A DNA stretch of 63,646 bases, counting the filler, from Octopus bimaculoides (Eukaryota), in assembly GCF_001194135.2 (NCBI RefSeq). It is 6 parts of 6 records of this genome, joined end to end, with 100 filler letters (N's around TTAATTAATTAA, not from the genome) between each part and the next. Parts side by side here need not be neighbours in the genome. Positions count along the whole stretch, not along the records: positions 18,676 to 27,466 come from NC_068989.1; positions 27,567 to 49,721 come from NC_069007.1; 4 more parts are not named here. One strand, given 5' to 3'. The notes below the pieces were generated by a model. It was not told where the DNA came from, made no database searches, and worked only from the letters and a program-made list of their open reading frames with translations. The position numbers and the translations under genes were made by a program. Each line of letters opens with the position of its first letter. Positions within the stretch are counted from its first letter, which is position 1. Below are positions 24,901 through 36,254 of this stretch, in pieces.

Positions 24901-26406
24901 GGTGACAACAATACCTATTTGTGTATATGTCTTTCCCTCTCTCTCTCTCTTTCTCTTACTGTATTTCTCTCTCAAAGACAACCCTTTCTTCTTCCCTTCT
25001 TTTATTCAAAGAGAAAAGTTTTTTTGAAAGTCTGTATTGCGTTTTCTATATAGTGAAAGACACAGAAACAAACACACACACATGCTAAGAAAAATATGCC
25101 CAATCACACACACACACACACACACACAACCAAAAAAAATAACTATATATCCTTCAAGATTTCTTAGGTACAAAGGTGACAACATTAAACATCTATCTTT
25201 CATGCACACATTCTCTTTCTCCCTCTCTCACTATATTTCTCTCTCCCTTTCTAAAAATATTTTTTTCTGTCCCTCTTATAGATGTTGTGACAGACAGACA
25301 CAGAGATTCCCTTGTCTTTTCAGTGAGCCAGCAGATTTGTTAGCATGTCAGACAAAATGCAATACCTGTAACACTACACAAAGTTTTGAGGAGTCAGTAG
25401 AGCTGTAACTGACACTCCAATTAATGACATTAGCAATGACAAAAACAATAATAGGGAGGACAAGGATGATGAAAGTACTGATGATAGAAGTAATGAGAAC
25501 AATAATTGTAAGGCTGCTGCTGCTGATGACAATGATGACTGGCCAGTCCTGTGAATTAACAAATGCTTAATTTAAATCAGGGTGGTCACACAGCAAAATT
25601 AACTTTCACTAATGAGTGGATGCTTGCAAACAAAAATCTATGTAATTATGGTAACTAATTGTTACATATTAATTATCACTGCTGTTGTTTTGTTTCTTTT
25701 CAAAGAATTTGTTCTTTAAATTTTGAACTCACTCCATTTACAATTTGCTTTACAATGCTTACTATGAACCAATAAGGGAGCCTGTACATCTCAATCTGCT
25801 AGAAATGGCAGCCCAATACTTTGCAAACAATATTCTAACAACTTAAAACAAAGGCAGGATGCATTTGCTAATGCAGTCCGGTACACATTATATTTGAAAA
25901 CAAAAAGAAAAGACAGGATGCAATGGTTATGGCTGGAATGACTCAAATCATTGGTATGCTCAGTCAGAGTGGACCTTGGGTTAAACAATAACAATGACAC
26001 CAAACTGAATGGAACTAACCTCTAACTGAAAATACAGAGTACTTTTACATTGCAGTTATATTTAGAAGAATATACAGCTGTAAAACACTAATAATCTGGA
26101 TTTCCGAAGTTAGCTTTTTTATTTTATCTAAAAGAACATTAAAAAAAATCTTGAAGTATTGATAAATTATAAATACTCTTTCCTAGCCCAAGATCAATTC
26201 AGTTCAAGTATATCTATCAAAGTATTCCAGCTGTAACTATTGTGCTTTTGTAGGAACTACATTATTTAATGTGCCATCTCCCTATTTAAGTTGGTTGCTA
26301 TTTATAAAAGATTAAGTAACCAGGTAAGGCTCTGTTTTCAAGAGAAGGGTAGAATCAATTATATTATCCATCAGTCCAAATGCCTGCCTGCCTGCCTGCC
26401 TATCTT

Positions 26407-26469
<63 letters not shown>

Positions 26470-27180
26470 CACTGGTTAATATATTACACAGAACAATTTT
26501 GGGAATAATTTATGTTGATTTTGCTTTTTTCCCTTGATTTAGACTAAAATTGGCAGGCTGATTTCAAACTATTTTCTTCTATCATGTCAGTTTTTTTTTC
26601 ATTCTACAGCTTACACTCTGAATAAGCACAGATGTATTGTTTGTCTGTAAGTAAATAGGGTTGGCTTTAGATGTTGAATATTGGAAAAAGGATGAAAAGT
26701 CAATACTGTATTTACTTTAGTGTGTGTACTCGAGAGTCACAGCCACTTTTACCACCCTCCCTTTAAATATAAAAATGTATTATATATAAGACATTTAAGA
26801 ATAACAAAAAGAATGTTAACTCACACAATGAGAAAAATCTTCAGTTTTGAAATTGTCCTTTATTTTTTCAGCATATTGCAGGTACCGCCTAGCAAGTAAA
26901 TCCATGAAAATTTCTTTTTCTGTTTGTGAATCCTGAAAAAAGCAAAAGGAAAAACAATAAATCATTGCTCTAGTTTAATTGATAGATCAAGATTATTGTG
27001 AAACATTGTCATATCATGAAGACTAAATATCATGGGATATTGTATACCAATCCATGTTTGTCTAATTCTCTAAAAGATTGGAGACAAAAGAAAAAGAAAA
27101 TCAAAGAAGTCAGTTCTATATTTAAGAGATGAGGAATTATTTACATTTGACGGATATTTGTCCTCATCTTGTTTGTTGTT

Positions 27181-27226
27181 AACACAACGTTTCGGCTGAT
27201 ACACCCTCCAGCCTTCGTCAGGTGTT
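27181..27226 (-). ncRNA. Hammerhead-ribozyme-like fold (minimal type I)
   Basis: AACAC-CTGACGA-A-GGCTG-gagggtgtat-CAGCC-GAAAC-GTT-GTGTT, with 5-bp stems I and II and a palindromic AACGTT in place of stem III. Confidence 0.7.
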
Positions 27227-27306
27227 TTGGGGAAATTTTGAACCTGGGTTCTCATTCCTAACGATGTTACTATTATTATATTATTATTATTATTACTATT
27301 ATTAAT

Positions 27307-27381
27307 GAGGTCGCTGCCGTGAATCGAACTTGGAATCTTGGGGTTAGTAGCCCGCGCTCTTAACCACTACGCCATATGCCC
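27307..27381 (-). promoter_or_regulatory. tRNA-like sequence with pol III A and B boxes (not a functional tRNA)
   Basis: A-box TGGCGTAGTGG, B-box GTTCGATTC and anticodon-like loop CT-ACT-AA. The acceptor stem does not pair. Confidence 0.7.
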
Positions 27382-27565
27382 ATGGGCAATTATGGAGTGA
27401 ATTTTAGGGCTTATAAATCTATTATTTTTCTATCCTTCCTCAATACCGGTTCCCATATGCTATTCANNNNNNNNNNNNNNNNNNNNNNNNNNNNNNNNNN
27501 NNNNNNNNNNTTAATTAATTAANNNNNNNNNNNNNNNNNNNNNNNNNNNNNNNNNNNNNNNNNNN

Positions 27566-28900
27566 NCGCTAGGCATTCCGTCCTGCATGTTAACGATTCT
27601 GCCAGCTCCCATTTTCTACTCTAGGCACAAGGCCTGAAATTTTGGGGGAGAGGACCAGTCGATTAAATGGACCCCGGTACGCAACTGGTACTTAATGTAT
27701 CGACCCCAAAAGGATGAAAGGCAAAGTCGACCTAGGCAAAATTTTACGTTCTGAGTTCCGCCGAGGTTGACTTTTCATTTCATCCTCTCGGGGTCGATAC
27801 ATTAAGTACCGTTTGCGTACTAGGGTTGATCTAATCGACTGGCCCCCTTCTCTAAAATTTTAGGGCTTTGTGTCTAGAGTAGAAATAATAATAATAATAA
27901 TAATAATAATAATCTTTCTACTATGGTCACAAAGCCTGAAATTTGGTGGGAGGGGTTACGTCCACCCCAGTACCTAACTGGCACTTCATCGATCTCGAAA
28001 GGATGAAAGGCAAAGTTAACCTTTGAACTCAGAACGTAGCGACGGACGAAATGCCGCTAAGCATTTCGTCCGGCGCGCTCGCGATTTTGCCAGCTCGCTG
28101 CCTTCGTAACAACAACAATAATAATGGTTTTAAATTTTGGTACAACGCCAGTTTCGTGGAGAGAGTTAAGTCGCTCAAATCGATCCCAGTATTCAACTGG
28201 TACTAATTTTATCGGCCCCGAAACATTGAAAGGCACAGTCAAAACTCGGCAGATTTTGAACTCTGGGCGTAAAAAAACGGACGAAATGTCTCTTTGTAAT
28301 TTAGGCACAGGGCCAAGAATTATGAGGGGAGGGGAAATTCATGACCTCGACCAGGGGCTCAGCTGGTGTTTAATTATATCGACTCCGATAGGATAAGTAA
28401 TGAAGTTGACCTCGGCGTGATTTGAACGCACAACGGTAAAGAGCTGGAAGAAATGTCCCTAAGCACTTTGCTAGATAATAACTATTCCTACTACAGGCTC
28501 AGTACCCGAATCCTTGGCTAAGGCGGTGAATCGATTATATGGACCTCAGATTTTAAGTGGTATATTATTTTTATCGGCCCCGGAAGGATAAAACGCAGAG
28601 TCAACTTCAGCGGAATTTAAACTCAGAACAAAAAAGCCGCTACTCATTGAGGCCAGCGTGCTAACGATTCTGTCAGCTCGCCACCTAAATAATAGTAATA
28701 ATAGTCCTTTCTACTATAGGCACGATACCTGAAATTGTGGGGGAGGTTATTAGTCGATTAGGTCGGCCCCTCCCCAGTGCGTAACTGGTACTTATTTCCT
28801 CGACTGCGGAAAGATTAGAGGTAAAGTCGGTCGGCCCCGGCGGAATTTGAACTCAGAACGTTGAGAGCCGAAGGAAGCAGAGAAAAGCCGCTAAGCTCGG
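27566..28900. mobile_element. Cluster of ~8 SINE family B copies: one inverted pair, then five head-to-tail minus copies
   Basis: Units near 27566, 27614(-), 27744(+), 27914, 28125, 28290, 28485 and 28705, mostly separated by (AAT/AAC)n. Confidence 0.85.
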
Positions 28901-30462
28901 TGTCCGGATAAAATGATAATTTTCCGCCACCGCAAACAAGTGTGCGTGTTAGCAACAAACAGCAACAATAACAACACGAACAACAACAGCTACACGAAAC
29001 AGCAGCAGCAGCAGCAGCAACACGAACAACAACAACAAGTACTACCAAAAGAAAAAAGAAATACAGTTAGTATTGATTTAAGTACCCAGTTAAAATATTC
29101 TATGATGATGAGGATGATGGTGGTGGTGATGATGATAATAATAAAAATATCGTATTTAAGATGATGCCAAACAGGAACAAGTGTACATTAAACGACCACA
29201 GCAACAACAGGAACAACAAAAACAAAAGCAACAACAAGCGTTGCACAGTAACAACTTCTATCACAACGGCGAATGCAAGAGGATGGTAGTATCCTTCAGC
29301 TGAGTTGAGGTGCCAAAAAAAAGAAAAAAAGTTACTTTTACAAAGTTGGCTCGGCTCCGGTCTGTAAGTTTTTCAAAGAACTTCTATCAAAATCAAATTA
29401 TTACATTACATATATATATATATACATACATACATATATATANNNNNNNNNNNNNNNNNNNNNNNNNNNNNNNNNNNNNNNNNNNNNNNNNNNNNNNNNN
29501 NNNNNNNNNNNNNNNNNNNNNNNNNNNNNNNNNNNNNNNNNNNNNNNNNNNNNNNNNNNNNNNNNNNNNNNNNNNNNNNNNNNNNNNNNNNNNNNNNNNN
29601 NNNNNNNNNNNNNNNNNNNNNNNNNNNNNNNNNNNNNNNNNNNNNNNNNNNNNNNNNNNNNNNNNNNNNNNNNNNNNNNNNNNNNNNNNNNNNNNNNNNN
29701 NNNNNNNNNNNNNNNNNNNNNNNNNNNNNNNNNNNNNNNNNNNNNNNNNNNNNNNNNNNNNNNNNNNNNNNNNNNNNNNNNNNNNNNNNNNNNNNNNNNN
29801 NNNNNNNNNNNNNNNNNNNNNNNNNNNNNNNNNNNNNNNNNNNNNNNNNNNNNNNNNNNNNNNNNNNNNNNNNNNNNNNNNNNNNNNNNNNNNNNNNNNN
29901 NNNNNNNNNNNNNNNNNNNNNNNNNNNNNNNNNNNNNNNNNNNNNNNNNNNNNNNNNNNNNNNNNNNNNNNNNNNNNNNNNNNNNNNNNNNNNNNNNNNN
30001 NNNNNNNNNNNNNNNNTATATATATATATAGATATATATATATATAGATATATATATATATGTATGTACAGATATACGTATATACATATTTATACATATA
30101 TTTATGTATGTATATATAAGAAAGAGTTGTGTATATGTGTAGTACTTATATATCTATTAGGTATATATTTATATACAGTTTTGCGTTAGTTTTTGACATT
30201 TACGATATGTATTTTGCGTTGAATTTCTTCGATTATTGATTTTATTTTAGCATAATTTGTTTACTCCTTCCTTCTTTTCTTCTTCCTTTCCTTCTTCCTT
30301 TCCTTCTTTCTTTCTTTCTTCTTCGGTTCCTTTCTTTCATTTTTTTTTTCTCTCTCTCTTCCCAGTTGACGACAATCATGCATACATGCAGTGCGCATGT
30401 TTGATAGGTTGTACGTAAATACATGCACATGCACAAATATACATGTATATACTCACGCATAC

Positions 30463-30509
<47 letters not shown>

Positions 30510-30572
30510 CAAGCTGGTCACTTTGTTTACAATACATTGTTGGCGTTAGTGAACTCTGGCTACCATCACTTT

Positions 30573-30644
30573 GGCGTATAGGTGCTCGCGACTGAGGACG
30601 GGCCAGATAGCACGAAACAGAGCCAGTCTCGCGATCCGCATGCC
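30573..30644 (+). ncRNA. Hammerhead-ribozyme-like fold (type I, SM-alpha-like, imperfect)
   Basis: TCGCGA-CTGAGGA-C-GGGC-cagata-GCAC-GAAAC-agagcca-GTC-TCGCGA. Stem I is 6 bp plus a distal GGCGT/ATGCC helix. Stem II has one mismatch. Confidence 0.5.
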
Positions 30645-30867
30645 CGCAGCCACACCTCCCGCTGACAATATCTTGTATATAATGTGTGCAGTGTCGCACC
30701 GATAGGCAGCTGGTGGAGAATCAGCCTGGGGTTAAACTTATTGTAGCATTTAACAGCCATTTAGATGTGGCGACTGGCTTTACTGTTTATACATATATAA
30801 ACAGTACATATGTATACATACTCACATATCAGTCTATCTATCTATCTATCTATCTATATCTATATAC

Positions 30868-30901
<34 letters not shown>

Positions 30902-30902
30902 A

Positions 30903-30951
<49 letters not shown>

Positions 30952-31962
30952 NNNNNNNNNNNNNNNNNNNNNNNNNNNNNNNNNNNNNNNNNNNNNNNNN
31001 NNNNNNNNNNNNNNNNNNNNNNNNNNNNNNNNNNNNNNNNNNNNNNNNNNNNNNNNNNNNNNNNNNNNNNNNNNNNNNNNNNNNNNNNNNNNNNNNNNNN
31101 NNNNNNNNNNNNNNNNNNNNNNNNNNNNNNNNNNNNNNNNNNNNNNNNNNNNNNNNNNNNNNNNNNNNNNNNNNNNNNNNNNNNNNNNNNNNNNNNNNNN
31201 NNNNNNNNNNNNNNNNNNNNNNNNNNNNNNNNNNNNNNNNNNNNNNNNNNNNNNNNNNNNNNNNNNNNNNNNNNNNNNNNNNNNNNNNNNNNNNNNNNNN
31301 NNNNNNNNNNNNNNNNNNNNNNNNNNNNNNNNNNNNNNNNNNNNNNNNNNNNNNNNNNNNNNNNNNNNNNNNNNNNNNNNNNNNNNNNNNNNNNNNNNNN
31401 NNNNNNNNNNNNNNNNNNNNNNNNNNNNNNNNNNNNNNNNNNNNNNNNNNNNNNNNNNNNNNNNNNNNNNNNNNNNNNNNNNNNNNNNNNNNNNNNNNNN
31501 NNNNNNNNNNNNNNNNNNNNNNNNNNNNNNNNNNNNNNNNNNNNNNNNNNNNNNNNNNNNNNNNNNNNNNNNNNNNNNNNNNNNNNNNNNNNNNNNNNNN
31601 NNNNNNNNNNNNNNNNNNNNNNNNNNNNNNNNNNNNNNNNNNNNNNNNNNNNNNNNNNNNNNNNNNNNNNNNNNNNNNNNNNNNNNNNNNNNNNNNNNNN
31701 NNNNNNNNNNNNNNNNNNNNNNNNNNNNNNNNNNNNNNNNNNNNNNNNNNNNNNNNNNNNNNNNNNNNNNNNNNNNNNNNNTTAAAGATTCTTAACATCA
31801 AAGTATTAACTTGTTATCGCAAGTATTTAAAATATGAAAATATAACAATTAAAAATATGTTATGAGTATTATAGGATAAAATTTTATATAAACCGAAGTG
31901 GCTTACACCCTGAAAAACAGGAATACGTGTGTATATATATATATATATATACACGCACGCAT

Positions 31963-31994
<32 letters not shown>

Positions 31995-32027
31995 ACACAC
32001 ACGGACGTAGAAGAGAAAGAGAGAGTC

Positions 32028-32180
32028 GTCTCTGTGTGGCGAGAAGCTTGCTTCCTAATCACATGGTTCCGGGTTCAGTTCCACTGTGTGAAGCCTTGAG
32101 CTTGCATCTTCCACTGTAGCCTCGGGATCTTCCAAAGCCTTGTCAGTGGATTTGGTAGACGGAAACTGAAAGAAGCCCAT
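32028..32180 (+). mobile_element. SINE family A head
   Basis: CACATGGTTCCGGGTTCAGTTCCACTG...GATTTGGTAGACGGAAACTGAAAGAAGCCC. Confidence 0.8.
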
Positions 32181-32186
32181 TCGTAT

Positions 32187-32385
32187 GTACGAGAAGCTGC
32201 TGAAAAAGTTCCTGGTTTTGCGTAAAAAGAAAATACTGGAGGATCAGTTAATTATGATTTTATTCAACATATTCCCCTCTCAGATTCAGAAACTTATTGC
32301 AGCGGTCCTTCAGTTTTTGGAAGCCCTGTAAGAGAACTCGGAACCTTTGGCCCTCAACTAGCCCTTACGGGATACCCTTAAAGTC
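32187..32385. mobile_element. Mariner terminal fragment
   Basis: TA-CGAGAAGCTGCTGAAAAAGTTCCTGG resembles mariner TIRs, followed by TTTTATTCAACATATTCCCC typical of transposase 3' ends on the opposite strand. Confidence 0.55.
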
Positions 32386-32451
32386 TGGAACACATGTATG
32401 TATATGTACATATATATATATATATACATACATACAAATGTACATATACAT

Positions 32452-32664
32452 ACTCATTTACTCTCATTTACTTGTTTCAGTCATTTGACTGCGGCCATGC
32501 TGGGGCAACGCCTTTAGTAGAGCAAATCGACCCCAGGACTTATTCTTTGTAAGCCTAGTACTTATTCTATCGGTCTGTTTTGCCGAACCGCTATGTTACG
32601 GGGACGTAAACACACCAGCATCGGTTGTCAAGCGATGTTGGGGGGACAAACACAGGCACACAAA

Positions 32665-32716
<52 letters not shown>
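32452..32716 (-). mobile_element. SINE family A, 3' half
   Basis: Near-identical to 48645-48850. Confidence 0.9.
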
Positions 32717-33348
32717 NNNNNNNNNNNNNNNNNNNNNNNNNNNNNNNNNNNNNNNNNNNNNNNNNNNNNNNNNNNNNNNNNNNNNNNNNNNNNNNNNNNN
32801 NNNNNNNNNNNNNNNNNNNNNNNNNNNNNNNNNNNNNNNNNNNNNNNNNNNNNNNNNNNNNNNNNNNNNNNNNNNNNNNNNNNNNNNNNNNNNNNNNNNN
32901 NNNNNNNNNNNNNNNNNNNNNNNNNNNNNNNNNNNNNNNNNNNNNNNNNNNNNNNNNNNNNNNNNNNNNNNNNNNNNNNNNNNNNNNNNNNNNNNNNNNN
33001 NNNNNNNNNNNNNNNNNNNNNNNNNNNNNNNNNNNNNNNNNNNNNNNNNNNNNNNNNNNNNNNNNNNNNNNNNNNNNNNNNNNNNNNNNNNNNNNNNNNN
33101 NNNNNNNNNNNNNNNNNNNNNNNNNNNNNNNNNNNNNNNNNNNNNNNNNNNNNNNNNNNNNNNNNNNNNNNNNNNNNNNNNNNNNNNNNNNNNNNNNNNN
33201 NNNNNNNNNNNNNNNNNNNNNNNNNNNNNNNNNNNNNNNNNNNNNNNNNNNNNNNNNNNNNNNNNNNNNNNNNNNNNNNNNNNNNNNNNNNNGGTAAGAG
33301 ACAGATAGATATTCACACATATATCATACATGTAGACATGTATGTTGT

Positions 33349-33401
<53 letters not shown>

Positions 33402-33706
33402 TCGTATGTTTGCATTCGTCTCAGCGTGCGCACACACACATATATAAGCAAGACAGCTGCTCGTGTTGACAGAGGCCCAGTGTAATAGCCAAACACTACT
33501 CAGATACTCCGTGCCTGATCACCGCATTTCATGGCCAAACCATTTAACCCCCAACCATAAAGTACAACACAACCGGATAGATATACCATACAGGCTATTC
33601 ACCCGACAGACAGCTGTGCGCTGCGAGCTTTTGGTATCACCGTGACATTGCCAGTTTATTTCTCTCCTTAATATTGCCTCTGAGGGTTCACTTTCCTCTG
33701 TGGATA

Positions 33707-33739
<33 letters not shown>

Positions 33740-33859
33740 AATAATGATGATAAAAATAATGATATATAATTTTTAAAGCGACGTTTCTCTTGTAGAATTC
33801 GTGTTTTTATCTTTTTAGTTCTTCGGTTGGAAAGTGGAGCATACTTATATTGTTGCGGT

Positions 33860-34500
33860 TGGAGGTTGCCTTCTTCTTCTTCTTCTTCTTCTTCTTCCAT
33901 CTTTTTCCTTCTGCTTTTTCTTCTTCTTTTCTATCTTCTTCTTTTCTATTTTCTTCTTGTTTCTTCTTTTTTGTCTTTCTTTTTCTTTCTTTCTTCTTCT
34001 TCTTCTTCCATCATTTTTCTTTTTCTTCTTCTTCTTCTTCTTCCATCACATCATTTTCCTTCTTTTTCTTCTTTTTCTTCTTCTTTTTCTTCTTCTTCTT
34101 CTTCTTTTCTTTTTCGTTCGTTCGTGCGTTCTTCTTCCATCTTTTTATTCTTCGTCTCTTTGTTTTTTCCTCTTTCCCATCTACATCTTCCTTTTTCTCC
34201 CCCCTCTTCTGCTCCTCCTCCTCCTCCTCGCTGTCGTCTTCGTGGTTGTTATTCTTCTTCTTCTTCTCCGTACTCTTTCCTTTCCTTCTCAACCTCCTTC
34301 TCCTCTTATCATCCTTTCTCCCACTCTTCCTCATCATTACTCCTCCTCCTTTCGGAAACTTCCACTCTACCTCCTCCTCCACACCTCGTGTCTTCCTCGT
34401 TCTCTACCTCTTCCATTTCTTCATCTTCTTCTTTTTCTTCAATTCCTCCTCTTCTTCTTCTTCTTCTTCTTATTATTATTATTATTATTATTATTATTTA
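33860..34500. repeat. (TTC)n/(TCC)n polypyrimidine low-complexity tract ending in (ATT)n
   Basis: Read directly. It is the source of the 224-486 aa spurious ORFs. Confidence 0.95.
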
Positions 34501-35217
34501 ACCCTAGGCCGACCGAATTGGACCAAGCGTTTGATCAAAAACGTTTCTCACTTAATAATTCGATTAATCTATATACTTAAGACTGCACCGACGTGTAATT
34601 TGAGAAGACTTGACGGTTATNNNNNNNNNNNNNNNNNNNNNNNNNNNNNNNNNNNNNNNNNNNNNNNNNNNNNNNNNNNNNNNNNNNNNNNNNNNNNNNN
34701 NNNNNNNNNNNNNNNNNNNNNNNNNNNNNNNNNNNNNNNNNNNNNNNNNNNNNNNNNNNNNNNNNNNNNNNNNNNNNNNNNNNNNNNNNNNNNNNNNNNN
34801 NNNNNNNNNNNNNNNNNNNNNNNNNNNNNNNNNNNNNNNNNNNNNNNNNNNNNNNNNNNNNNNNNNNNNNNNNNNNNNNNNNNNNNNNNNNNNNNNNNNN
34901 NNNNNNNNNNNNNNNNNNNNNNNNNNNNNNNNNNNNNNNNNNNNNNNNNNNNNNNNNNNNNNNNNNNNNNNNNNNNNNNNNNNNNNNNNNNNNNNNNNNN
35001 NNNNNNNNNNNNNNNNNNNNNNNNNNNNNNNNNNNNNNNNNNNNNNNNNNNNNNNNNNNNNNNNNNNNNNNNNNNNNNNNNNNNNNNNNNNNNNNNNNNN
35101 NNNNNNNNNNNNNNNNNNNNNNNNNNNNNNNNNNNNNNNNNNNNNNNNNNNNNNNNNNNNNNNNNNNNNNNNNNNNNNNNNNNNNNNNNNNNNNNNNNNN
35201 NNNNNNNNNNNNNNNNN

Positions 35218-35520
35218 NGTGAGTTTGAATCCCAGACCGGTCTGCGTGTTGTGTTCTTGAGCAAGACACTTTATTTCACCTTGCTCCAGTTCACTCAACT
35301 GAAAAAATGAGTTGCGATGTCGCTGGTGCCGAGCTGTATTGGCCCCTTTGCCTTTCCCTTGGATAACACTGGTGGCGTGGACAGGGGTTGCTGGTATGCA
35401 TGGGCAACTGCTGGCTTTCCATAAACATCATTGCCTGGACTTGTGCCTCAGAGGGTAACTTTCTAGGTGCAATCCCATGGTCATTTATGACCGAAGGGGG
35501 TCTCCGATGCCATTGTGTAA
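35218..35520 (+). mobile_element. SINE family E (CORE-like domain)
   Basis: GTTTGAATCCC B-box-like, then GTTCTTGAGCAAGACACTTTATTTCAC (CORE-like). A related head lies on minus at ~35730-35835. Confidence 0.6.
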
Positions 35521-35856
35521 TATGGCGAGCAGGCAGAATCTTTAGCGCATTGGGCAAAAGGCTTAACGGCATTTCTTCCGGATATTTACGTTTTTAGTTC
35601 AAATTCCACCGAGGTCGACTTTATCTTTTCAGTCTTTCAGAGATTGATACAGTAAGCACGCCAACCAAACTCCTTTGCGGAATTTCGTCCGTCTTTACGT
35701 TCTGAGTTCAAATACCGACTGGGGCGACGTAAAATAACGTAATTTACTCAAGGACACAACGTGCCGCTGGGAATGGAACTCATGACCTTAGGATCGTGAT
35801 CAAAATATGCTAACCACAAAGTCACGTGCCTTCACTGTGTTTAATTTATAGACCAT

Positions 35857-36254
35857 TGTTGTTGTTGTTGGCACTCCGTCGCTTACAACGTCCAGGGTTC
35901 CAGTTGATCAGATCAACGGAACAGCTTGCTTGTGAGATTAACTTGTGAGATTACAAGTGGCTGAGCACTCCACAGACACGTGTATCCTTAACGTAGTTCT
36001 CGGGGATATTCAGCGTGACACACAGTGTGACAAGGCTGACCGTTTGAATTACAGGCACAACAGAAACAGGAAGTACGAGTGAGAGAAAGTTGTGGTGGAA
36101 GAGTACAGCAGGGTTCGCCACCATCCCCTGCCGGAGCCTCGTGGAGCTTTAGGTGTTTTCGCTCAATAAACACTCACAAGGCCCGGTTTGGGAATCGCAA
36201 CTGCGATCCTATGACCGCGAGTTCGCTGCCCTAACCACTGCGCCATTGCGCCTC
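35857..36254 (-). mobile_element. Full-length tRNA-derived SINE family C with (AAC)n tail
   Basis: Reverse complement of 46405-46794 at high similarity. Confidence 0.9.

Larger units (their letters stand above)
27090..27470 (-). mobile_element. Composite repeat: tRNA-like head, (AAT) spacer, and PLE-like segment with a hammerhead motif
   Basis: tRNA-like 27307-27381 followed on the same strand by the hammerhead fold at 27181-27226. Confidence 0.6.

Noticed and set aside
25282-25551. Polypyrimidine tract plus AG followed by an acidic/Asn-rich stretch
   Set aside because: Stops in all frames soon after the acceptor, and the acidic part is a decayed trinucleotide repeat.
27307-27381. Functional tRNA gene
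   Set aside because: The acceptor stem does not pair, the ACT anticodon is atypical and it is embedded in a repeat.
27566-28900. CRISPR-like regularly spaced repeats
   Set aside because: The units are ~200 bp tRNA-derived SINEs in eukaryotic DNA, with no spacers or cas genes.
33827-34580. Gap-free 224-248 aa ORFs
   Set aside because: TTC/TCC low-complexity DNA open in several frames, with no coding signature.
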